Shown: piece after piece, positions 53,125 to 64,000 of the stretch
Position numbering within the stretch: position 1 is the first letter of the stretch
Layout of the letters: every line of letters begins with the position of its first letter
DNA from: Amoebidium appalachense
Taxonomy: Eukaryota > Protista > Ichthyosporea
Length of the DNA stretch: 64,000 bases
Reading direction: 5' to 3'
NCBI GenBank assembly: GCA_963693365.1
Contig: CAVNZM010000003.1
Location: 12,373,651 to 12,437,650 of the forward strand
Notes under the pieces: generated by a model
The model's input: only the letters and a program-made list of their open reading frames with translations
Databases searched by the model: none
What the model was told of the DNA's origin: nothing
Program-made: the position numbers and the translations under genes

Positions 53125-54649
53125 TTAAGCACCACCGCTACTTCCATTTAAGCTGCTGGGCGGCGAGACACATTGGTGACGTCATTCTGTGCACAAATTC
53201 CATGACGCCGTATCACCCGAAAAAGGGCGTGAAAGGCTGAATTGTATGTCGACATCGGTAATTGACACGATTTGATTGAGTCTCTTGATTGGTGAGACGC
53301 GTTTGAGAAATGTGGCTCTGGGCTGGTCAGCGGCCAGACGCTAAAATGGGAGAAGCGGTGGTTGGTTTTAATACCCACTTCAAAACCACCGTGCAATTGC
53401 AAATTGCTGTTGTTTAGTTATCTAGTTATCTGCATCACAATTTGTGAGCATGCCATACTATGGCGAATGTTGTTTTCGTTCCTTTAATTCCAATTTTCCT
53501 TTTCCTTTTTCTTTCTTTCTTTTTTTCTTTTTTTCTTTTTTTTTTTTTTTTTTTTTTTTTTGCCCTCCCTTACCCTACGGCACGTTTTGGGGTTGGGTGA
53601 GGTGAAATGTAGTTTGGTGGTAATGAATTGTGGGTGTCGTTTGGTGCGGTGAATCCAAACAATTCTCTTGCGGTGAACACGGACAAGTTTTAACACGAAC
53701 ATAACACCCTCATCTGTATCGCTCACCTTTAGCAGCATCGCAAGTCTTCGTGATAAATATTACTGTGTGTAGGTTTTTTGTGTATGTAATTTGTGTGTTG
53801 TGTGGGCTTGTAGCATCTGTATCATCACACCGCATAATCACAGTCGTTACACAAGTGTTTGCTAAGAAAACATTTCAGAATATGTTGATTTTCTCTTTCC
53901 AATTTGACTATTCTCGTTAACTTCCTCCCTCTTAAGTTACCTTTGAGTTATCCTTGTTTTTCTTTTCTCTCCCTCTTCCCTTTTTTCCGCGACACCCCGG
54001 CCATATATACAAACGACATCTGCATCAATTAAGGTGGAGGGGGGGGTCCGATCTGTGCCCCCGCCAAATCGATCATAGACCCCCCTGGATCAAGGAAAAG
54101 CGCACAGCTCGCACTTGCGGCTGAAATTTCGGTTCGCAAGGAAATTACGGCACCTCGACAGCGGCCGTGCGGTGCAGACTATCGCCCTCGAAAAAAAAAA
54201 ACTCAATTATAAACCCCCCCCATGTATTCCTAAGACAGCCGAGCTCCCCATGCTTCATCTCTCCTGTGTGGGGACTTGGTCTTCTGGCCCATAAGTAAAA
54301 CTGGTTTTTCAAAACAACTTGATTATGTAGCATGCGAGATCAATGTTTTTGGTATTAGACGATAGATCTTATACCAAAAAAAAATTTTAAGCTTATTTTT
54401 TGTGGTTTGAAGGGTGGTATCCTGGGTGCCGCTTGCTAATTACTATCTGCCTTCATTAGATAGCCGCTAAACTGGTGTCAAGTCTCTTACCGACAAGCTG
54501 TATCAATGTAGAATCATGAACGGCCCACCTTTGCCCCCCCCCCCCCCCCCCCCCCCCAACCAACCAACCACCCACCCACCCACCCTCCAAAAACGACGAT
54601 GCATCGTCTGTGACCGACCTGACAGGGGGAACGAGGGGGGGCGGGGGGT

Positions 54650-54683
<34 letters not shown>

Positions 54684-54849
54684 TGGTCTGGGGAGTTGGG
54701 GAGGGAAAGAGGAGGTGCGTGTGTGTCGAAGTGTGGATGTGTGTGTGCCTTGGGCCTATCCCCGTTGAATGTGCGCCTCCGTTGTGAGAGACCACAAGGA
54801 CCCCGGGACAATGAAGTGGGGAGGGGAAGGGGGGAGGTGTGTGTGTGTG

Positions 54850-54901
<52 letters not shown>

Positions 54902-55851
54902 GGGGCTAATCCATCAATGTGCCCAAGCTATAAAAAATTCTTTTTTTCCTTCTGTCGTGGTGTGTGTGTGCCCCACTTTCACTGCCACCGTGCCAAATTT
55001 GGGGCGCAGTGGTGATGATATTTCTACTTTTTTTTTATTTTATAAAGACTTTTTTTTTTGGCGCCAAAAATTTCCCGCCCAAATTTCTTTATGTTTGGTT
55101 TTGTGTAGTGACCGACCTAAAGTTCCTATACACGCGTGCTCGGTTAACCACATCTGATTCAGCAGAATTACCCTAACGGGAGCAGAAAGCAATATAAAAC
55201 AATAAAAAAGTGGGGGGAGAGCGCGGAGGGGGAGGGGGAGGGGGGGGGGGGAGTGTCGGTCTCCCCAGAGTCCGGACATAAAACTATAAGGCAATAAAAA
55301 AAGTAGGAATATGGGGTTTCCGATTGCGATGTCCATGGAATTCATTATTTTATTCCACCACTACGCCATGCCGCGACGCGATGAGACTTAAAGCATGTGC
55401 ATGATATACTTGTACCAATTGCCAAGTAAGAAAGCTTGTTAAACCGATGGCGTATAAAACCTGCCGATTTCTTTATTTAAGTCGTTTTCCGTAAAAACCC
55501 TGCAAACCTTCACGTACGGTATACAGGCCATCGTGCCTCCTGTCCCGATTAGCTAATGTAAGGAATAATGCCTGCTCTTTTCAAAAACCGGAAAACAGGA
55601 ATCGGATTTCAAAAAAAAAAAAAAAAAAAAAAAAAAAAGAAACCTGTATGACCCTCTTAGATAATATATATGTACATAGACAAAGGCACCAAGTATCTGA
55701 ATTGACCTGTTTGATGTCGACAATTATACACACTACTAAATTTCGAGCCCTGATTTAACAACCCCCCCCCCCCTCCACCACCACCCACACACCCACACAC
55801 CCACACCCACACACCCACCCACCCACCCACCCACCCACCCACCCACCCACC

Positions 55852-55909
<58 letters not shown>

Positions 55910-55976
55910 ACACACACACCTACACTCACACAACACACACACACGAAGCAAAACAACAAAAAAGCCAAACCAACGA

Positions 55977-56020
<44 letters not shown>

Positions 56021-56308
56021 CAAATGCGCTTATTTAGACTGCACCCTAAGAATATGAGCCATCTATACATCCGGCAACACTCAAAAAAAACAAAAAAAAA
56101 ACCGATGGTAAACCAAAAAACGATCTGATTTACACGTCCATCTTTGGGTAATCAACTGGGAGCACTGCTAACGTGTGCGCGCATAAATTACAAAGTGTAT
56201 GTATGACCGGTGTTTGCGTGTATATGTGCGTGATTGAATATGTGTGTGTGCGTGTGTGCTTGCGCGCACGCGCGTGCGTGTGTTCATTTCCCCTTGTGTT
56301 TGCGTGTG

Positions 56309-56453
<145 letters not shown>

Positions 56454-56723
56454 GTGAAGTTGGTCGGGAGAGGGAGGTGGTGGTGGTGGTGGTGGTGGTG
56501 GTGGTGGGGGGGGGGGGGGGGGGGGGGGGGAGGGGGGGGAGGGGGGGGGGAGGGAGGGGGGGGGAGATATTCGTAAAAATGATGACCACATACATCACAC
56601 ACCCACTCTTCCATGCATATGGCGGCGACAAATTCCATCACCAAATCCCACTCAAATTTCAAACTACCATCCAAAAATCCCTCCTCTCCCCTCCTCCCTC
56701 CCTCCGCAATTTTGAGATTTCAC

Positions 56724-56934
56724 TTAGGATCCCCCTCCAGCAATATCGGCCTTCCACTTGTTGTAGAGAGTGGTGGCTGCCTCCGCCACCTTGTTGCTCA
56801 GCGAATATTTGCGGAGGGGTTTTATCACCTGCGCGAAATTTACCCCCATTACCATCAAGTTCCCTTTACTTGCAAACGTCATCCCTACCCCTCCCCCCAC
56901 CTCCCCTCTCCGGGAAAAAAAAAAAAAAAAGGGA

Positions 56935-56979
<45 letters not shown>

Positions 56980-58083
56980 GAGAGAGAGAGAGAGAGAAGG
57001 GGTTGAAGAACAATCAATCATGCTCAGTGTGTTTGTGTTTGCGTGCGTGCGGTGGTGGTGGCGCGCGCACACACACACTCACACACACACAGCGAGTGTG
57101 TGCGTGTGTGTGTGTGCGTGTGCGTGCGTGCATGCGTGTATGTGGATGGGGGGGTGGAGGGGGGGGGGGGGAGGGGGGGGGAAGGGGGGGGGGGAGACTA
57201 TCTGATGAGGAGACATACATGGGCCACAATCTGGGTGTTCTTTAAGATCTCGGCATCGATCTTGACGTGGCCTAATTTGAAAAGTGCATCCAGGGCCTTG
57301 GCCTCATCCTGTTGAAGAAACAAAGGCAAAAGTAAGACAAAAGCTTCTCGCCCTTTGCATTATAGTTTTATACCATCAAAAAGCCTTTGATTCCCTTAGG
57401 CTTATTCTTATCCCGCTATAATTTTATGTCTGTGATGGTGGTGGTTGGGGGGAGGTGGAGAAAGAGAAGGAGAAGCTGGAGGGGGGGGGGGGGGGGGGTT
57501 TGAATGCGGAACACGGTACGAAGTACGCATACACGATGAGAAGCATGGTGCAGGACACATGCAAAGGCAAACATTCACGTATGCAACATCAGCCATGCGC
57601 ACAGTATGCGTCATAAGCAGAGCCCATCCTCAGGGAGGGCCCAAGTCATCAATTGCGTCTGAGTTTCGACCCCTTAGCCCGCGTATATACGACTCTCCAA
57701 CTCAGACAGCAGCATCAACTGAACTTGGGAGGGTCAACCCGTCTTGATCAAAAACGAGCAGGGTTGCTTATGCAAGCAAGGTGAGCAAAACGGTGAAGAT
57801 GTGTGTGCAAACTAAAGCAGTGCAGCAAAAAATGCGTATGTGCTTACAGATGCACGACACAGAGCAACCATGCCCGGTTGCATGGAAGTAAAGCGGTCTC
57901 CACACAGTGGTCTGTCCTGAAAGGACACCTCTGAAAGAAGGCTGGGGGGGTTTGAATGCGGAACACGGTACGAAATACGCATACACGATGAGAAGCATGG
58001 TTCAGGACACATGCAAAGGCAAACATTCAAGTATGCAACATCAGCCATGCGCACAGTGGGGGGGAGGGGGAGGGGGGGAGGGG

Positions 58084-58121
<38 letters not shown>

Positions 58122-58520
58122 TGATAGACCAAGGAGGGCTCTAATCTGCACAAGATTTTTGCAGTCATTGGAGTCGCCGGGGGGGGAAGGGGGGGGGGGG
58201 GGGGGGGTGGCTAAGGTGAGTATGATTGTGCAACACGTGGTTTTGGAGTGGAAAAGAGGCAGGGGAGGGGGAAGAGGAGAAGGGGTAGGGGGGAGAGGAG
58301 GAAGGGGGAGGAGGAGGAGGAGGAGGAGGAGGAGGAGGAGGAGGAGGAGGAGGAGGAAGGGGGGGGGGGGGGGGGGGGGGGGGGGGGGCGAAGGAGTATA
58401 AATACACAATCGTAACGGACAACATAATGTTGAATGCAAGCTACACTTTATTATAAAGAATATGCATAATAAGCAGAGCGCATTCTCCGGTAGCGCCGGG
58501 GGGGGCACCGGGGGGGCGCG

Positions 58521-58552
<32 letters not shown>

Positions 58553-58850
58553 TAAATGATGCGTCACATTTTCCATAGTAAACTGGGATGTACAATCACA
58601 GTTGTCTCACTGTAGTTGCATGACACGGAACCATGAAATCAAGCACGGGTGAACAGAATGTGCAACATAGGGAGTGCCCGAGCTCCGGGGAGAGAGAGAG
58701 ATGGGGGGGGGGGGGGGGGGGGGGGAGGGGGGGGGGGTTTCCAACCACAGTAAGAAGAAGCGGTGGGAGCTAAGGGGTAGGGGGAGGAGAGGGGGTGAGA
58801 GGGGCGGGAGGGAGGGGATGTCTGCATGTGTGGTCTTTTTTTTTTTTTTT

Positions 58851-58883
<33 letters not shown>

Positions 58884-59357
58884 GGGGGGAGAGAGATGGG
58901 AATGGGGAGGGGGGCACAGAGAGAGAGAGGGGGGGTGACGAAAGGAGAGGGTGAGGGGGGAAGGGGTGGGGTAAAGGAGGGGGGGGGGGAGGGGGGGGGG
59001 AGGGGGGGGGGGGGGGGGGAGGGGGGGGTGGCAGCATTACGTGTGGTGCATTCTGGGGTAGTGCTTGCTTCAGTTCTCGCCTCAAGTTGAGTACTTGTTC
59101 CTCGGGGCTGAGTTCTGTGTGGGGGTGGATGAATGAGTGAAAGCTGGTGCGTTTTTATAGGAAATTATGTTTTTAATTTTTGCGTAACAACGTTTGACTA
59201 ACTTTCGATGTCGAGAAGTAAAAATGTCAAGACACTAATCGACCTCTTTCTGTCATTCAGGTGCCAATTTGCATTCTTATCACAGTCGGAGAACATGTAA
59301 AACACACATACACCACCACTATCACCACCACCACACACACACCAACGCACACAAAAG

Positions 59358-59391
<34 letters not shown>

Positions 59392-60378
59392 ACCCACCCA
59401 AACAAACAAAAAAACAAAAAAACAACCTCAACCCCACCCCCCACCCCTCCTCCTCCTCCTCCTCGATCCTTCCCCAAAAAACAAAATCCCATGAGGCCCC
59501 CAACCCATCGTATCATTCCTTCCCCTTTCCCCCCCCCCTGCCACCCATCATGCACCGGTGGGGACTAATATTAGGTTAGACGACTAATATGAGATTGTAT
59601 GCCTAATATCATATTATATGACTAATATGATATTGTATGACTAATGTCATAAGACTAATATAGGAATATATGACTAATATCATATTAAGTGCTGATCACT
59701 AGATTAGGTGACTAATATTTAGATTTAAGACGCAAGCACCCACCCTTTTTCTTTGGTGGGCGGGGTTTCTTTGGTGCATTCGGGTCCTTTTCCTTCTTCG
59801 GTCTGGGCTTGCTCGCCCCTGCCTCTTTGTTTGCCTTCTTCTCTCTGAGGAGGGAGAGGGAAGGAGAGGGGGGTAAGGGCAGGGGGAGGGGGGGGGGTTA
59901 GAATGTGTTAAAGAGTGCAAAAGTACACACCCATGACGGACAACACAATGCAGATTGTCCCGAGCACACACTAAGCATATGCACCATGCACCATGCCTAT
60001 GCTCGCACGGTGGGGGGGGGGGGGGGGGGGGGGGGAGGGGGGGGGGGGGGGGGGGGTGGGGGGGGGGGGGGGAGGGAGAGGGTGGGCGAGGGGAGGGGGG
60101 GGGGGAGGGGGGGGGGGGGGAAGAAGGGAAGGGGGGGAAGGGGGGAGGGGGCAAGGGTGGGGTGGGGGTGAGGAGGGGGGGGGGGGGGGGGGGAAGGGGG
60201 GATGATGATGTTGAGATACAAATGGGGATTATAATTACACTCCATCCAAGCATTCATTTAAATTTCACACTGACTATGACATGATCTGACAAAACTGGCT
60301 ACTACATATGGTAAAAAGGAAGAACCATGGACTGAGATATAATTGGCTGGGTCGATCTTGACCGTGTGCTTGTGTATG

Positions 60379-60411
<33 letters not shown>

Positions 60412-60995
60412 AGGTGTGTGTGTGTGCATGTGTGTGTGTGTGTGCATGTGTGTGTGTGCATGTGTGTGTGTGCATGTGTGTGTGTGTGCATGTGTGTGTG
60501 TGCATGTGTGTGTGTGTGCATGTGTGTGTGTGCATGTGTGTGTGTGTGCATGTGTGTGTGTGCATGTGTGTGTGTGCATGTGTGTGTGTGCATGTGTGTG
60601 TGCATGTGTGTGTGTGCATGTGTGTGTGTGTGCATGTGTGTGTGTGCATGTGTGTGTGTGCATGTGTGTGTGTGTGCATGTGTGTGTGTGCATGTGTGTG
60701 TGTGCATGTGTGTGTGCATGTGTGTGTGTGTGCATGTGTGTGTGTCCATGTGTGTGTGTATGTGTGTGTACGTGCGTGCCTACGCGTGTTCTTTTGTGTG
60801 TGTGTGTGTCTATATTTTCCTGTAGTGTGGTGGTGTGTGGTGATGTGTGGTGTATGTGTGTGTTAGGGAGAGGGGGAGGGGGGAGGGGATTATTCACGTA
60901 CAGTGCTGCTTGTTTGTTTGCTTCTTTCGCTGCAGCCTTGGCTTCGGCTGCCTCTTTCTGGAATCGAAAAAGAAAGGGGGGAGTACGGGGGCCGG

Positions 60996-61036
<41 letters not shown>

Positions 61037-62129
61037 GATGGTGGTGGTGGGGGAGGGGGGAGGGAGGATGTGGGTGGGTGGGGTTTGAATGCGTCATAAA
61101 GTACGAAGTACACAATAACAACGGATAACACGATGCAGAAGATGTGGGTGGGTGGGGGGAGGGGGTGGAGGGGGCGGTGAGAGAGGAAAGGTGGGGAAAG
61201 GAGGGAAGAGGGGGGAGGAGGGGTGATTTAGAGTGTGTTATAGAGTAACGAAGCACCCATTTATAACGGACAACATAATGCAGAATGCAAACCACGCACA
61301 AAAGATATGCATAAGCAGAACCTATCCCCCGGGGGGAAGGGGGGGGGAGGGGGGGGAGAGAGGGAAGAGAGGAGAAAAGTGTTGGTTGGGAGAGGGGGGA
61401 GAGGGGGGGGGGGGGGGGGGGGGGGGGGGAGTATTGGAACAAGGGGTATGTATGGGAGATACACCTGCAATCAAGGACGCAAACCACACTGGCACATGAT
61501 CACTAACCAATCAGAAGTAGACGTTGCTGGTGTTCTATTGGGAAGAGGGGTATATTTACAGGATGAAGCAAAAACCGAACTAAAAAAAGCATGGGGAATG
61601 GTGGGGAGGTATGGGGGGAGCTTCTTTTGTTTTGGGAAGTGGGGGAGGCGGGGGAGGGGGGGAGTTACAGAGAGAGAGTGAGAGGGGTGAGAGGGGCGGG
61701 TGGGCGGGCGGGCGGGGGAGGAGGGGGGGGGGGGGGAGGGGGCAGTGGCCCCGATACGCTACACCGTTCACAATACAATGAATGTCCTTGCAAGAAGTAG
61801 CATGGGGAGGGGGGGGGGTCTATGACAGAACGTACCTTCTTTTGCAACTTTTCCTCGGCCAATTTTCGCCTCTGCTCGGGGTCCAATCTTTCCCTCTTTA
61901 CTATCACCTCATCCCCGCTACTGTCCGACCTCTTTTCCTGCATCAACATATCTCGGTTAGCATCCGCCGGGGGGGGGGGGGGGGGGGGGGGGGATGGAGA
62001 GATAGGTCGAACTCGTATGGATTGACAACAAGCAACGGTTACGTAATCGAGATATGCAGATACGCAAAGAAACATATGTACTGCCTGATGCATGCTTCGA
62101 TTTTTTTTTTTTGTGTGTGTGTGTGTGTC

Positions 62130-62174
<45 letters not shown>

Positions 62175-62300
62175 GTGTGTGCGTGTGCGTGTGCGTGTGC
62201 GTGTGCGTGTGCGTGTGCGTGTGCGTGTGCGTGTGCGTGTGCGTGTGCGTGTGCGTGTGCGTGTGCGTGTGCGTGTGCGTGTGCGTGTGCGTGCGCGTGC

Positions 62301-62371
<71 letters not shown>

Positions 62372-62573
62372 TTTTGTTTTTTTTTTCTTTTCTTTTTTTT
62401 TTTTTGGGGGGGGGGGGGGGGGGAGGGGGGGGGGGGAGGGGGGGGGGATATAAATGCACACTCCTGCTTGCTGACAGTTATTCTTGTTCTAATTTACTGA
62501 TTGGTTAGCGTGAGGGGGGTTGTGGGTTTTTGTTGTTGGGTGAGAGGGAGTGGAGAGAGAGAGAGAGAGAGAG

Positions 62574-62649
<76 letters not shown>

Positions 62650-64000
62650 TGAAATGTATTATCCAAGTGCCCAAACCAAATGTATAGGACGACACAACAA
62701 TCGAACATGGAGTATGAGAAGAGGGGGGGGGGGGGGGGGGGGGGGGGAGGGGGGCAGCTACAACGTGTGACAGAGTAAGAAACACAAATTCAAGAGGCAA
62801 AAAGAAAAAAAAAAGATGGGGTTGTGCGCGCGCCCGTGTGTGTGTGTGTGTGTTTGTGTGTGCGTGTGCGTGCGTGTGCGCGTGCGTGCATGTGTGTGCG
62901 TGCGTGTTTGCATTTTTTTTTTTTTTTTTTTTGGGGGGGGGGGGGGGGGTCCAAACACTTACATCCGGTTTTTCAAGCTCCTCATCCGAGTCTTCAATTA
63001 TCGCCGCAGAGACCGTCTTCTTCCTCCCCTTGCCCCCACCCCCGCCCCCGGCCTTTTTTCCCGCCCCCCTCTGCCCTCCTCTGCACCGCTCGTCGCCGTA
63101 CCGTCGGTATTTTCCGACTTTTCGCCTTTCGTTTGCTTTTCGGAACCGCTTCCCCCTTCGCTTTCAGAGCTGTTGTTGCTCTCTGAATCTCCGTTTTCCT
63201 CATTTATTTTCCCGTCTTTTTCGGCTTTTTCATCTTTTTCGCCTTTGCCCCCGGCTGTTTGGAAATCGGCCGGTTTTTCCTCTCCCTTTTCGTCCTCTTT
63301 GACTGTTCTTTCGTTATCATTTTCCTCGTTTTCCTGCTTCTGCGCCGGGGCTTCTTCTCTAACCTTTTCGGTATTTTCAGCCTTCGCTTTTTCTGTTTTT
63401 GCTCGTTTCTGCGGCTTTCCCCCTTGCTCCTTCCCTTCCTCGTTCGTCCTCTTCTGTTTTCCCTTTCCCGCTTTCCCTCCTTCCTCTTTCGTTTCACTAT
63501 CCTCGGTCTTTTCCTGTTGTTTCTTCGCTCCGCCCTTCTGTTTCTTTGCTTTCTTTTCCTCCTCCTCCTTCTCTTCTTCCTCCTTCTCTTCTTCCTCTTT
63601 CTTTTCATCCTCGACCTCTTCTTTTGTCTGTTTTTCCTTCTTCGGTCTACCTCTTTTCTTCGGTGGCTCCTTTGCTTCCACCCCCACCCCCTCCTTTTCC
63701 TCCTCCTCCTCCTCTTTCCTCGTATCTTTCTTCCCTCTCTGCCTTCCTTTTTTCGTCTCCTTTTCTTCGTCCACCTCTACCTCGTTATCTTCATCCTCGT
63801 TTTCTTGCTTATCCACTTTTGCCTTCTTTTTCGGCCTCTCCTTCACTGCTGCAGCCGGCTTCTTCCTGTTCTGTTTGGCACCTCCCTTCCCCTTCTTTCC
63901 CTCCTTCTTTTCCTCATCCTCCGACTTTTCATCCTCGTTTTTTTCCTTTTCGCTTTCACTGCTGGCTTCCTCATCTCCGTTGGCCTCCTCGGCTTTGGCT
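56724..64000 (-). CDS. LEDGF/HDGFL2-like chromatin protein (AT-hook, K/E-rich linker, C-terminal IBD/TFIIS-N helical domain); 5' end outside the window
   Basis: Exons >64000-62963 (one apparent frameshift in a C-run near 63065), 61937-61836, 60957-60902, 59844-59744, 59114-59041, 57308-57219 and 56828-56724 are in phase. AT-hook-like PPKKRGRPKK near 63650. The C-terminus, EEQVLNLRRELKQAL..DEAKALDALFKLGHVKIDAEILKNTQIVAHVIKPLRKYSLSNKVAEAATTLYNKWK, fits the LEDGF-IBD/TFIIS-N pattern. Confidence 0.75.
57498..58056 (-). mobile_element. Structured poly-C-tailed repeat, subfamily B, longest copy with a directly repeated 3'-terminal ~110 nt
   Basis: Read on the minus strand: terminal segment (58056-57948), then ~340 nt of internal sequence, then the same terminal segment (~57606-57498), with C-runs on both sides. 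Confidence 0.88.
59563..59722. repeat. ~19-bp AT-rich minisatellite with GACTAATAT core (~9 units)
   Basis: Seen directly; lies just inside the donor of LEDGF-like exon 59844-59744. Confidence 0.8.
60414..60770. repeat. (GT)n microsatellite punctuated by GCAT
   Basis: Seen directly. Other large simple repeats include (CT)n at 23388-23577 and (GCGTGT)n at 62178-62312. Confidence 0.95.

Noticed and set aside
53148-53740. Possible two- or three-exon minus-strand gene
   Set aside because: One phase-compatible junction only, with no start context or homology; insufficient support.

Overview
Eukaryotic genomic DNA. The introns are filled with (CA/GT)n and poly-C/poly-G tracts, so almost all entries in the supplied ORF track are repeat artefacts. 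Splicing by eye gives six recognisable genes: (1) a Con7-like C2H2 zinc-finger factor (-); (2) a 184-aa protein made of two C1 domains (+); (3) a 16-exon B3GLCT-like GT31 glycosyltransferase (+); (4) an intronless YbaK/ProXp (YeaK-like) tRNA-editing protein (-); (5) a CCDC9-like protein with a very long acidic N-terminus (+); (6) the 3' part of a LEDGF/HDGFL2-like protein with an AT-hook and an IBD/TFIIS-N domain (-). There are also two or three low-confidence multi-exon orphan genes. The gene set suggests a holozoan, possibly unicellular (inference only). Mobile DNA includes three TTAA-flanked Kolobok-like MITEs and hAT-like inverted-repeat elements. The most notable feature is a dispersed repeat family of about 16 copies. 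The copies share a 3' end (…CATTCAAA+poly-C), carry a roughly 160-nt core with compensatory base changes between subfamilies, and all sit in introns in the sense orientation of the host gene. All homology calls come from motif recognition; no searches were run.
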